A stretch of DNA of 64,000 nt from NCBI GenBank assembly GCA_004764695.1, contig SMSO01000032.1, positions 6,728,483 through 6,792,482 of the forward strand, written 5' to 3'. A program made the position numbers and the translations under genes. Below are positions 35,241 through 48,839 of this stretch, in pieces (position 1 is the first letter of the stretch; every line of letters starts with the position of its first letter). The DNA is from Schizochytrium sp. TIO01 (Eukaryota > Protista > Bigyra: Labyrinthulomycetes). A model generated the notes under the pieces. The model ran no database searches, had not been told where the DNA came from, and saw only the letters and a program-made list of their open reading frames with translations.

Positions 35241-37027
35241 CTTCGCATGCCACCAGCAGCGAAGCTGACTTGCATACGTCAGTCGTGTTGAAGTTGTTAT
35301 TGTTCAAGTATGCCTGCTGCTTTTGTTTACCTCATCTGCGGATCCGACCTCATAAACTTGAGTAGTGCTACTTATGTAGTTTTTTAAATTAATGTAATTT
35401 AAACTAAAAACCAATAACTAAGAAACTTAAGATCGCTCTAGTGATAGCTAGCTAGCCATCGCGGATTCACATTGACCGCCGCAGAAGCAAAAAGCTACGC
35501 ATGGTCACAGTTTATTGCTACCGCTATTAACACCCCAAGAAGCAACTAGTATAGGTAGTATCTACCTACTCGTTGTATTCATTTATTACTTCCCTCGTCA
35601 TAGATGAGTAAAACTTTCATAACTTGTGAGCTCCGTGCTGTAGTAAAAGAGTGACTTAGAGAACAAGGTGGCCGTTCCTACCTAACAGCAAGAAGAACTT
35701 GTGGAGATTAGACCAAGATCGTCGAAGATGCTGCTGCTACTGCTGCTGCTCTCCGTATGAAAGACATTCTCCAGGTCCACGAGGTCGAGTCAGGGGAAAT
35801 GAGCGAAAAAAAGGTTGGGTTAAAATACTCGGTTAAATTACATATAATCAGAGCTCCTGAAGAAGGTTTCGTAGAGGTTGGAGCTTAGAAGCATTGAATT
35901 GCAGTTGGTTGCGGTATAGAACCATGCTGAATAGAGGAGATGGGCAAGGAAGGACGTTCTCAAGTCAGTGTTATGTTTTGAAGACGGGGAGGACCAGTGG
36001 GGCAGACATGGACGTTAAAAAAGGCAGGTTTATGGAGCTGGTGATGGGGGTGAAACTAACGATTGTGATGAACTTCGGCAATGCTAACGTACAGAATTGA
36101 CGAGAGTGAACAATAGCTGGAAGCATTCCCTGCGGTATCTCCGTGAATTGGCACATCTGGAGCATCTGTCTGCAAGCTAGTCATATAGCTTTGCCGAGGG
36201 TAGGCTTTTGCCCAGCGGTTTCTGATTGAAGGGCTGTTAAAGACGCACATGTAGCAAAGTATAGCAACGCAGCTACCCAAGGATGGAAAGCGAGCACCTT
36301 GCGCGCAAGAGGAAAGGAAGCAGTGACGTGCAGAAAGCAAACGGCAAAAAGCAGGAAGAGCTAAGCATAAAGAAATATTGGTAATCAAAGAAAAAATCAT
36401 TCATTGTACAGCATGCGTGAATGTCGCATAAGAGTACCAAATCATGTAAAAGCCAGACTCGAGTAACACGAGGAAAGAGAAACACATTGTGGAATGTTGT
36501 CTCGAGTCGCGAAAATGCAAAAGTAAAATTTGACGAAGCAACAAATTAGATTGCTCCCATGCAGAATTCTTATCTTCGCTCCCTATAAGAGTCGTCGCAT
36601 CGTCTAGCAATAGAAAGAGAAGAAGTTGTCATTCGCTCCAGTGATGAACTCTGCGAAAAATAAAATCTGGATGATCCCAGATCGATATAGCCTACCTACG
36701 CAGTAAATCTTAACTTGGGCGCTGCAAACGACAACCACAGTTGGACTTATTAAAGGCAAGACCCTTAAAAGCAATTCCCAGCAGAGAAAACACGAGCGTA
36801 TCAAAAAAGCATCCAAGCGCACATTATGGCCGCATGTGGCAATCTAAAACCACACTATCGCTGCAACATGATCAACTGGCATTGGACGCCTGGTTCTTAG
36901 TGCGAACTGAACCTAATATTGGTAGGCTTCAGCAATTTGCTGGTTCACTAATAATATCCAAGCCACTTACAGGTATGCACACGCGCCTTCAGAGACGCAA
37001 GTAATTAAGATTGCCTTGTTGGAGAGC

Positions 37028-38112
37028 TTACACGTTCCAGCCAGAAGTAGGGCGCTCCACCGTGGGGGCGGAACTTGGGACGTTTGTCGGTGTTGATGTT
37101 GGTTTCAAGGTGGGAGCCATAGTAGGCGAGTTGGTTGGTGCCTTTGTTGGTGCGTCAGTAGGCAGAGGAGTAGGGAATTTAGTGGGACGAAGCGTAGGCA
37201 TCGATGTCGGCGCACCAGTAGGTAGCGGGGTAGGTTCAGGAGTGGGGGCGTCTGTGGCCTCAGCAGTTGGCGAGGTACCCCATCCGTAAGAGGCAGTGGT
37301 GGGTTTCTTCGTAGGCTGCTTAGTGGGTGCAGCAGTAGGGCTTTCCGTAGGTTCTAGGGTCGGGGCGGCAGTAGGAAACGAGGTAGGGGCTTCAGAAGTC
37401 TTTCCCTCAATACCAGCAGGAGAGTAGGTCGGGGCATATGTGGGCCATGTTTCCTCTTCAACCCATTCAGTAGGCTCGGAGGTGGGCCATGTTTCCTCTT
37501 CAACCCATTCAGTAGGCTCGGAGGTGGGCCATGTTTCCTCTTCAACCCATTCAGTAGGCTCGAGGTGGGCCATGTCTCCTCTTCAACCCATTCGGTAGGT
37601 GAAACAGTGGGAGAGTCCGTGGTGTCACATTCCTCAGTCAAGAGGCACTGCTCATCGTCCTCATTGTAGTAGCATGCCGCAAAAAGGTTGCAGACGGACT
37701 CGGAAAGATCATCACCAGCACAACCGTTGGTGGGGAGATCATAGCATGTGCAGTTGCTAGTTGCATAGCATGCAAAGTCATCGTCATCCCAGAGGCAGCC
37801 GTCCGCAATTTCACAGCTCTCGGAGTCATCACCAAATTCACTGCATGCAGTGTTGCCGCCAAAGTTACATTCATCGGGGCGGTCCGAAGAAACTGTGCCA
37901 ATCTCAAGCTGGCTGGAGGAATCATCTAGCTCACCATCAGCACTGCTAACAGAGGTTTTGTTCGATGCTGAGACGCCAGCGGCAATTGCAACGACAGCGA
38001 CGATACCGAGCGCAGAGCCAATAACAATAGCTCGTCTTGCCTTAGTTGAGAGGTTGTACCACCAAGATCTCGTGCTGTCCGACGCGTCATGAATTGCGGC
38101 AAACTCGGGCAT
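37028..38112 (-). CDS. Type II membrane Cys-rich / PT-repeat mucin-like protein (paralogue 1), interrupted by a 1-nt frameshift near 37562
   Basis: ORF 37354..38112 (TM, Cys-rich) and ORF 37028..37573 (PT repeats) join if one G is restored in repeat unit 3; homologous throughout to 47967..48839. Confidence 0.8.
37440..37599 (-). repeat. 42-bp coding tandem repeat (PTEWVEEETWPTSE), about 3.8 copies
   Basis: Units start at 37440, 37482, 37524 (41 nt, lacks one g) and 37565. Confidence 0.95.
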
Positions 38113-40782
38113 GGTTCTGTTTGTTTAGTCTAGTCTAAAGTTTGTCTGGCGAGCTGTGAATATGTACGCTACTCTTCAGAGCGGTGTATTTAGCACACCC
38201 AGAAATGGACCTGTTCGCTTGATTGTTCACGTGACGATCGTTCGAAGCTCTCGCTAGCTTTGGTATGATGCCACTGTGACTACGCTGTGCTTGCTTGCAG
38301 CTAAACCACAGCACGAAGAGGTTCAGGATCTAGCTGCAATGTCTTTCTGCTCCAGATCCTGATCTATTGATCGACCACTTTTCTACTCGCTCAATCCAAC
38401 AATGCTTTAATGAATGAACGAATAAAAGAAGATAATACCTTCCTTCTCCACAAAAGGAAGCGAGTACCGTCCTGCTGCTGTCAACGGGGTGGCTGCTGCC
38501 TCCTGCTGCTGAGCGATTTGGGGTTTGCTTGCTTCTTCCTCGGTTGCTCTGGAGAACACTTAAGAGATTAAGTGAATGAATGGACAAATTCCTGTGCTTC
38601 GTATAAAGTAATATTCACGTGCCACACTTGGTCGCGTGCACGAGGTGCAAGAGCGAATGGGCTTTTCTTTCTTTCTTCTTTCTTTCCTTTTTCTGTGCAA
38701 GTGCCGCTGAAGCGAAGAGAACACCTTCTGACAGGGAAGAGAAGGGGCGTGCGCAGCAAAGCCTGGCTCTAGCAATGGATGTGGGCGACCTCAACGGCGG
38801 CGATTATCCATTACTGTCAGAGCGCTGATAGTTGGTGTCACAGCGTCTTCTTCTCCTTTTTCATCTCTTCTTCTTGTATCGATCGACTCACGAAGCCTTT
38901 TAAAAAGAAAAGAAAATGTTTTCCTCTTTGTTGTTTTTTTAAATAAAGTTTTTATAGTTCCTTCTTCTTTCTCACTCTCGGCTCTCTCATACTCTTTTTT
39001 TTTTCTTTCTCCAAATCTAATATAAATATAGTATTCTCTATTAAGGTATTTACACTTCACGTCACCTCAAGCAAGAAAGAAGAGAGAGAATAATCCTTTT
39101 CTTCTTAGTGTGCTTATTTTTTAAATTCAGTCACGGTCGCTTGAATATTGGATTCCTATCCGACCTCAACTCAGAGAATGCAACCCCGGCCTTTCATCTT
39201 CAACCCTTTCTACAATCATAATCCTGCAACTCCGCTCCTTCATCGCCGCCCAACTGCTGCTCGCTTCGAAAACAGAGGCTATTCTTTTGTCAAGCGAAGC
39301 CTTCTTCAGTAGACTTCATAAACAAAATAAAACACACTACTACAATAATTCTCGTGACGACGGTCCTCTCTGAAATTTTATTTTCACGTTTTCCTACTCA
39401 TGGGCTATATCTGAGTCAGGAGCCTCTGATCATTCTAAATTTGAGGGAACGAGAAATGGGTGATAGCTACTTATGCTTTTAAAACTCTGTAGTTAACTAC
39501 TTGATTTGTGTTCAACATAGATTTTAGAGTACATACAAAAAGAGTCTCCTCTGATTTGACAAGGTCCTCTGCACGCGCGCCCATAGAGGCCAGAACAAGA
39601 CTCCTGTCAAAGCCCCACCAAAAGCAGGAGCCTTCAAATGCTTCTTTCATTGACTCAAAATACAGGGGCAAACAAGGAGAAGTTGAGTCCTGCGACTAGG
39701 TTGGCGCCGTGATTGATTGACTGATTGATTGAATCATCGATATTTTGATTAGTATTAACTTATTCTTTCTAGTGTTTTCTTTTCCAGTGGATTTATTTTT
39801 AACCATGTATATAAAAAAGAATGTTAAAAACATACGTTTGTACATTACCATACCTTTTTTTAGCATTAAAAAAAGTATCAAAGATGGTATTTTACTTATA
39901 GACAACTTGCTTGAGTCATGTATCATTTTAATAATAATAAAAAATTCACGCGCTGCACAACTTAAGGACCGTGTTTTATTCTATTACCTTTGCTGTGTCT
40001 TATAAAATAAGGATGGATTGTTTTAGCCTAACCTTCTCCATAGGTTTTCTGTAAAGAGGTGAAAACAATAGGAAAAGGTTAAGGAATGCTATATGTAGAT
40101 TGGAATTTTAAACTTAAGCCCAACTTGGCTTCCTGCCATAGAATCGCATTGTTGCTCTCTTGAAGAAAAACAAATTTGTTATGCTGATTATTTCAAAGTT
40201 GCAAGCAGCCCACTGCTGAACTGAACCGATACAAGAGGTGGAAGGATTCCAAGAAGGGAGATCCTCGATACAAGGTGCTTTCCCTGTGTTTCTAGTGAAG
40301 ATCGAAAATGACAGCTCTCGCTATTTTTGTTGCGAAAGAGGATCGGAGGAAAACCAAAAGCGCCCGTTCAACCCCCAACTGTTCGATTTGGACTTGCTCG
40401 AGGGAAAATAAATTCTCAATATTTTTATTACCTTTTGAGGAAAGAACCATCTCTTCTGCGAGATATGGTTTTAGTATTATTACAAGCACGAACGCAAGCT
40501 ACCCCAGGAATAATGAGCGATGTCATCTTGGAAGCCCTCCAGTACTACAAATATGAAATGACGCCACAATTAGATCGTTGAATGGAGCTAGCTAAGAACC
40601 TTGATTGGCTAGCTGGCTGACTGGCTGGCAGCTGGCTGGCTGGGTATGTCTTCCTGAAGTCATTCCCTTATATCACTGCTTTATCTTCATCCCTCAAAGC
40701 AATTCACTCTTTCAATCAAGTATGGGAACATCGTATGTAATAGTGATACACTTCTTCATACAATCAAATCTTGAATACTTAG

Positions 40783-40805
40783 ATATATATATATATATAT
40801 ATATA
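40783..40805. repeat. (AT)n microsatellite
   Basis: atatat... 23 nt read directly. Confidence 0.95.
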
Positions 40806-43800
40806 GTATGTTTTTAATGAATCAAAATAATATATTATAAAATCACATTCTTTTCTACATCTTAGAATTACAAGTCATTTATAAATAATGAACTCCTTGC
40901 ATAAATGAACTCTGGGCCCCTGTCGGCACCAACTCCATAGGTGAGATCCTTGGTCAATGGGGCGGTCTGTGATCCCAATGCTTCTTAATCCTAATTGAAG
41001 GCAACCCACCTCGGGGCTACGAGCAGATTGGTGAACTCAGTTTTCACCACGCAAGAACAAGATCTACCAACGCAACAGGCCTCGAATAATGGTGTGATTA
41101 TCAAGCGCACCTCTGATTAGTTTCATGACTGAAATGAATTATCATATTCAGATGCTCAGTTGACCAGCATTCCATTGCAGTCAAAAACCCCAATGCAGGA
41201 AACTTATTTAAGTAAGTTTTGGGTGATTGAATTGTTCCGACTTTCTGGTGCCCTCAAAATGTCAAAGAACTCGGTAAAACGACATAAATTCTCTTTCTAG
41301 GATACGTGGGACGGCTCAAGAACCAAGCCTACTCAGAAGCAGCTCGCGACCACTAAACACTTGGCATCAGCAACTTGACATTATGACAGTTTTTTTGGCC
41401 TCTCTGTCTGACTCCGTCAGTTCGCATGATCGTGAATAAAAACTATCGGGGAGGTTCTGAGGGTCTCTTTTGAAACTCGACAAGGCGCGTGAATAGCTAG
41501 GTATGCATGCAAACGAATAATTGAACGAACTCATAGAAAGTGAATGCATACCTTAGATTAGTTCATGTAATGTTTTCGACCCTTATTCACGCAGTAAGCC
41601 CAGTGCTACGCAATAAGAGGTAAAGGACGACGACAACATCAACAGCCCATCACAAGAATACCTCGAACTTCTCCCTTGACCCACATCCGCTCTCCTTCAC
41701 GCCGGGATGCCTGGTCCTCCAGCTGTCTAGCGCTTCTCATTTTGCAGAAGCTGGCTGGCGGTATTTATCAGCACTTTTAACTTTTACAACATGGATAAAT
41801 CGGTTGCGCGTGCAAAAAAAAAAAACAAGCAGAGAGCTCTTATTTTCTCTCCTCTTTCTTAGGTATTACATGTATAATAATTTATCATTGTTTTTTTAAA
41901 TAAATAAAATAAAATGTAAAATAGTAGTCATCATCATGACTTTCTTGGTAGGCATCTCTTCAGCAACTTAAGTCATGGTGCTTCAATAGAGCGATCCTGA
42001 AATGATCATTATGATTGGAAGGCTCCATTGCTGTTACATAAGGCGAGAACCACCATGTTCAAGTTTGCAAGTTATTTAGCTTGAAGGACTGCGCACCTAA
42101 GCGGACCAGAATGCTGCTTTGTGATGGCGATCACGGATACACGACATTAAAAACCGAATCGAAACAGTGCACCACTGGCATAATTTTAATCGATGATGGT
42201 CCTTCTTCAAATTCCGCGGGTAGGATTTACGAGCCAATGGAAGCGGAGTGGTCGTTCGGCAGTAAAGACTTACACGGATCTGTAGGATTTTGCGATTAGG
42301 CCTGGACAATTTGGAGTGATGATCGTCGATGCTGACACGGCACAATAGTTCATCTGAAATTCCAAGTACACATTAAAGTTGAACTACAGAAAAACAAGAT
42401 GGAGGGTCAAATGTCCCATACCAAGACATTATTATAATGACTTTAGTTGCCATGTTAAGTGTTGAATTTCGAATACTGTGATGATCGAGCGAACAGGTTG
42501 AGTTAATAGCTATTGACAGCAGCTATAGCGCGCCCTGTTCATGATTCTCGACTGCCTCAGAAGAACGGAAGATCCTGTTCTTCACGTCGGATTGAAGATT
42601 TGCAGTGCTTCACTCCAAGTCAACAATTCACCCCGTTAGTACTCAGATCGCAGTTTTAAGCGAATGAAGGTGGCGTTTTCTTCGAATACCGTCTTGATGG
42701 ATCGAAGATTTGGCGTTCCGTACGTCGTGCAAGTCGCGCCGCTCTTTTTTTCTTTTCTTTTCTTTTTTTAAATAAAATATTACAAACATTTTTTTATTTT
42801 TTTATTTAATATTTTATTTTAAAATATTTTATGAAAAGATGCAGGTTAAAGAAATAAAGCGAACTGAGAATTTCTTTCAACTCAAGATGGTTTAAGGCAG
42901 CTAATATATCCGCAAGGACTTGCGCAGGTCCTTTTTGAACTTCTGTGTGCAAAGTACAGGCGATATTGGACTGCAGTTCTGATTTCATAGCACATCATCA
43001 TCGTGTTCAAGACTAAATAATAAACATCAGTATCTATACAATCATATCAACTTGCACCAAGTATAAATAACAAGCTATCCGCAAACGATCGATCCAAGGC
43101 AGCTCAAGACATTAAATGATCATCTGTTTGAGCCCAGCTTGTGCTCTCATGTTTATGCATATCTACATAATGGTGCATATACCACCATGGCTTCACAGAT
43201 AATTTAATGGAATAGAAGGTAGGTAGCATAAGTAAAAGCGTTGCAACACATTCCTACAAAGAAGTCCAGGTTCCTTCTCTCATTCGCTGCCTGCTTATTT
43301 TAATAATAATAAAATAGCACGTTTAAAGGATGTACTTTCTTCCTAGCAGTCTCTCAAAGATTGCGCCTGCCTTGTGTAATAACCCTTCAGCTTCTAATGA
43401 TCATTATAAACTTTTTCTTCTTTTTTTTAAATTTAAAAAATAAAGGAATTAGTCTGTTGTGTGTAGCGCCTCTACGAGACTGCAAGAGTGCACTTATGTG
43501 ATGCGAATTGGTTTTTTGATCTTGGGCCTTCCAAGGCCGCCTAAGAAGTCTGTGCGATAAAGGATGATCACGCTGACTCCAGTTCGCTCCGCTCAGCATA
43601 TGTCATGTGCTTTAGCACTAAAGATTATAACCTCTCAGACAGACTTGAACAACTCATTGGTTTCCAGAACACCTGTATTTCGTGTACTCAGAGTGTTATT
43701 TGCACGTGCGTGAAGATGATTTGGCTTTTGACACATTATAAAAAGGACCACGAAGCGAAGGATACTAATTCGCGGCGCAATGTTAATTCATTAGGCAGTA

Positions 43801-46800
43801 CACGATTATAGCAGGCGCCTAGCTAGATTGAGTATTGGCTTAATACTATGTAGTTACTAAGTATGCAAATGAATTTGAGGCAGACCACTCTCACCACATA
43901 AAGGCTTCTCCTTTTTTCTTTTTTTTCTTTCTTTGCTATCTTTAATTGAAAGAGTCTTTTACCTGGGCTATTAGACACTCAGGTTTTCGGAATGATGTGG
44001 GCTACACTTGAAACGCAAGTTTTGCGGTGGGTGGGCGACGGTAGCTAGTATCCGCCTAGGTAGATCATGATCTAGTAGGCCCATTACTTTAGTTTCTATG
44101 TTTTTTTTAAGTTTCTGTTTTTTTCCAAAATCATGATAAAATAATAAAGAAGGTAATAGAGGTGTAATGCGAAGTAGTTCCCTTTAGTCTATGAGTCGTG
44201 AAAGTGGGTGGTGGCGGTAGATTAGAAGACTATTTCTACCATCATCCCAAATCTCGCTGTCTCCAGCTGTTCATGACGCAACAACGGAGGAACCAACGCA
44301 TTTTCTAAGACGTAAATATGTAGATCTCTAGTTTGTTTGTGGTCGAACGAAAAATCAAAAAACATTCTGGCATGGTTAGTTGAAGTGAATTTAAGCTGAC
44401 TACAGGCAAACTTTCGATCTTACGCTAGCATCCTCTTGTAGAGTCAAGCTTGAATATGAATGGTTCCTATTGTTTTTCTTCTTCTTGACTGCAGCAATTC
44501 TTCGCGCCACAGACACTGACGACTCTGTGACGAGTAGCTATTTCCATGGAGGATGACGATGGTGGCCAAGAACCTGCCAACTTGAAAGCAAGGAAAACAA
44601 AAACCATCCCAAGAATAGCGTAGTGTAGCGAACGCATACACTGAATGTAATTTGTGGAGTTCTCAGTAGCATATATGCAAATCCTTGAGATCGCACTTGC
44701 AAGGTGCAACGAAGAACTTCCCCTTGAAGAAGAAGAAGACTCACTGGCAGACAATATCAGTGCCTACTAAATCTTACATGTTCCATTATCACGAATTAAA
44801 CTTGCAAATTGAGATGGAACGCTAGGCGGTCCACACAATGCTTAACGCGCTGTATTCCAATGCATCACGACGACTTCCTTGATTTGCAACTCTGATATAG
44901 CAGCACTCGCATCAGTCAGAGGCTATCTCTGTAAATCACTTTCCTTTTATCTCATCCCTCGAATAAGCTACTATACCAATCAAGTTGTACATTGGAGATA
45001 TGAGCTATTCTGATGAAGGCGCCGTTCTTACCTTTGACACTTGCGCTCCTTCCGTCTTGGTTACACTATCATTGCCATCACTGTTTTGATCAATGAGCAT
45101 TTTCATCAAGGATGATGACTAACATACTTCACACAAGCATAAGAACTGAACAATCCATCACATCGAACGGTTGTCTCAAAGACGCGTGTCTTCAGCAGTT
45201 ATCAGTGTCAGCATTGCTTGAGACAGCTGCTTGGAGGTTGCATGGAGCAATAAATCATAATCGGGAGACTTCATATCAGTGGGTGTTTTGAAGCTTTCCT
45301 CCACATATTGCTTCCACGCGTTACCTTGATGTAGAACAATACCCATTTGAAGGTTGGTCTGGGCGGTCGTCTATGGCCCAACCCGTTCAATGATGTTGTA
45401 CAAAGTTAAATATCGTCCAGAACCACGATGATCTCGTAATGCTTTCGTCTTAACAACTTGCGTAAAATTCTATATTCTGTAAACCCCCTTTCGCCCATCG
45501 AGGACTCACGATTTGCGCTTTTGAGGCTCTCCCTAGAGGTACCCACCCTAGCCCTCCTGAATCGCCGTGCAGAAGAAACAGACTAAAAACCTATTCCCTT
45601 TTACCAAAGAAGCGTTTCCTCTTTCTTTGTATGTGTAACAACTATTATCATAGAGAAAATCAATAATGCGCTTAATGATTATGGAAAAATCATTTTTTCT
45701 TTAAAATATTCGTTTGATACGAAAAACTCCGCATGTACTCTGCACGTGCAGCAAGCAAGCAGGCGGTCAATCCACATGCCCGGGGGCATCTGAAACGTTT
45801 TTCAATCGCCCCCATTGAAGCTGCCTTGAATGACAATATAATGGAAATGTATACGGTCTAAAGGGGCATTGTTGATGTCTGTACTTTGCTATGTCGAATC
45901 AAATCAGCACGTGAATGAACAGCAGAAACGGCACATGCAGCGGCACTTTTCTCGTACTCAGCGTCTACAGACGCACTGCTGCAGTGCAACTTTGCGCAGC
46001 GAGACTGTAATCAAAAGCATCAATGTAAAGTGAATATCGGCTTCTGAGTCCTATTCTCTGCAAGAGAGCTCACTACCACCGGCATTAAATGAAGAACTCA
46101 AGTAGGAGGTAAGTGGTGCTAATCAGTGTTACAGTTGATCAGGGGGAAGACCACGAAGTGCATACGGGCGCTACTAGCAAAAAGTCAATTCTCTTCACTA
46201 CTTCGATACATCATTTAAGGCTTGCATCATACTATCTATATCTTCAGGTTTTCTGCATATTCTAGTTACTCTCCCGAAATCGGCTTAAAGTAGTTCAGGC
46301 CAAGTAACTTTCGGGCGTTTATCCATCTGAAATTAATTCTTTCAGGTGTATTACTATTGGCAGCAGTCACTAGTGGAAACTTGCAACTTGAAGAATATAT
46401 TTTCCACCTATGTAGGTTCCTAGAAGGGCCTTAATATCTCTGCATACTAAATCCACTTTTGCAATTTAACAACGGCCACTCATGATATGCTTTGCACAGT
46501 CTGCTCATAGGTAGGCAGATAGTACTTCATAATGAAATATGTGCTCACTTAGTTTGTGCACAAGCTGAAGATAAATACTGATGTCCTTACACAAGAGCTA
46601 TTCGGGATGTGCAAAGAGCCGGAGAAAAAAGGCTATCGGATAAACTTAATATATTAAATCCCCGTTGGACTAGCCGGAGTATCTCACTTTCTTTATAATT
46701 CTCCGAATCAATATTTTGCTACTTCGAGGCAAATTTTACCATCAGCATCTTCGAGCCTTCCTCAAACGCCTGTGTAGAATTGCTTTTTAATTTTATGGGG

Positions 46801-47966
46801 ATAGCATAAAACATACGACAAATTTGACCCTCAGAAAATTGACATCGCGTAATATTGTATCTGAGCCATATTAAATGTGAGGCGCTTCATTCAAAGTATC
46901 AAGCCACAGCCATAGCCATTCGATGCTAGGAATTTGAATAAATTCCATTGGGACATACGAGGCATTCTATTAAATAGTGCTTCGGAATATGAACTATTGA
47001 GAGCCTCGGATAGTCTTAGAAGTCAACGTTGAGCAAACTTGACAATATAACTCAATGCATTTGGACCTGACGTTCCAATGCCAGGTCATGTCCAGACTAT
47101 CGAATTATCGAGGAGTCTAGTTTCTTTATAATGCACTTCTCTTCTATCACCAAGGTTTAATCTCATGTCGTCTCCACCACAGAGTTAGAATATCCCAACC
47201 TATTTATTATCTCTAACACGAGATATCATCATATACCTCAGGCTATCATGTGCACTATAGGATTCTTGTCATCACTTCTTTCTGTTTTAAGTGTTCTATT
47301 GTAGTGTTATCATTCTCGATAACTGGAGTCCTAACAGATAGAAAATGGCAGCGCGTTCTCGTTATTTCTACGAAATGCTACTGTTTACGCTATTGCCAGT
47401 AAGCATCCTTCCCTTTTTGAAGTACTTTCCTAAGTGTTGGGGCCCGAATACACAAAGTACCCGGAAGATCTCTTCTTCGCAACTGTTGCGAGAGTTACTT
47501 CTGCGCGGAGACGCTTCGCTGCCGGCCGCTGGTCATCTGCCTATTCAGCGCCAACGAAACATCCGCATGCGCGACCGTTGGCCTCTCATGCTGCTGCCCT
47601 CAATCGGCTGCTCGACTGGAGCTAGGAATGTAAATATTGTGTCATTAACTCCACAGAAGTGGGCGTCACGTGCCGGGGGTTGTTTGTAAGTGAGCAATTT
47701 TTTAAATGAAGATTTAAAAAAGCGTGCGTCAACCCACTTCTTCTACTCTTTTAAAAAGGAACTCTTGGTGATAAGCTGTGCATCCATACCCTCTTTCGTA
47801 GCGTCCCGTGGCAGATTGTCATCGCGTTGAGGATTGAGGACGGCGTGGCCTTGACAGTCTACGAGGCCAATTCATTGGTGGGGAGTTGGTCTTTCTGAGG
47901 AACATACAAAGTATTTGGACACGGCTGCAATTTGGGAATAGGAGTTCTAAAGGGTGAACGAGCGAG

Positions 47967-48839
47967 ATGGCGGGCATGACGGCAGCGATTGAGGACGTGG
48001 AACAGGATGGCCAAAGCAGACGAGGCTCCAACATCTCGCACAATGTGCGATCGTGGTGGACTTACCAACCGTATAGGGCAAAACTTGCCATGATTCTTGG
48101 CGTCGGTTTCCTTGCCATTGCAGCAATCCTCGCCATTGTCAATACCGTGGTCCTCACCAACAAAAGTACCAGCGTTTCTGCTGACTCCAGCTCCACTGAG
48201 AGCGAGAGTACTCTGGAGATCGCCGATGGAATTACATACGACGATGACCCTACCTGCATTATCCCAGAATCCAAGTGCGTGATTCCGGAGAATACCACGG
48301 ACCCAAGCGAGGCCTGCACGACTCTTATTGACATTGGATACAGCGCTTGTGAGTTTGTCGATAACTCTTGCTCTATACTCCCAGAGTGCGAATGTGAGGA
48401 TGTCCCAATCACTGGATGTGGTGCATTTAGCGGCAACCGCACAGGCTGCTTGACGTTTCTCGGCTGCACCTATGACAGCTATGAAATGTGTATAGAAGTC
48501 GAGTGCAAAACTGCTAGCCCTACCCCTGCTCCGACTACAGCATCGCCTACTACGTTCAAAACAAAATCGCCAACTTTTCCTACCCCTCCCCCGACGATGA
48601 TGCCTACGACTACCCCGACAACGGCGCCGACAACAGCACCAACGACGGCTCCGACACCGGCGCCAACAATGACTCCAACAGAAGCTCCAACTGAGCAGCC
48701 TACTCTGGCACCGAGTACAACAGCTGTCCCAACTGAAGCCCCGACTTTGGAGCCTACAGCTATGCCAACTGCAACACCCACCGCTGAACCAACTTTGGCG
48801 CCCACGCCGCTCCCAAGCAGCCCAGGCTGGTCGGTGTAA
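47967..48839 (+). CDS. Type II membrane Cys-rich / PT-repeat mucin-like protein (paralogue 2)
   Basis: 290 aa: RSWW, TM, NKSTSVSAD, Cys-rich CECEDVPITGC, xPTx repeats, ends GWSV. Confidence 0.88.
   Translation: MAGMTAAIEDVEQDGQSRRGSNISHNVRSWWTYQPYRAKLAMILGVGFLAIAAILAIVNTVVLTNKSTSVSADSSSTESESTLEIADGITYDDDPTCIIPESKCVIPENTTDPSEACTTLIDIGYSACEFVDNSCSILPECECEDVPITGCGAFSGNRTGCLTFLGCTYDSYEMCIEVECKTASPTPAPTTASPTTFKTKSPTFPTPPPTMMPTTTPTTAPTTAPTTAPTPAPTMTPTEAPTEQPTLAPSTTAVPTEAPTLEPTAMPTATPTAEPTLAPTPLPSSPGWSV

Noticed and set aside
35600-37000. Short ORFs between the carboxypeptidase and PT paralogue 1
   Set aside because: Fragments show no consistent frame or identifiable homology.
37440-37599. 42-bp repeat as a CRISPR-like array
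   Set aside because: Units are directly tandem with no unique spacers and are protein-coding; no cas genes; eukaryotic context.
44444-45460. Protein-looking minus-strand frame with scattered stops
   Set aside because: Stop density is roughly that of random sequence and I could not assign any family.
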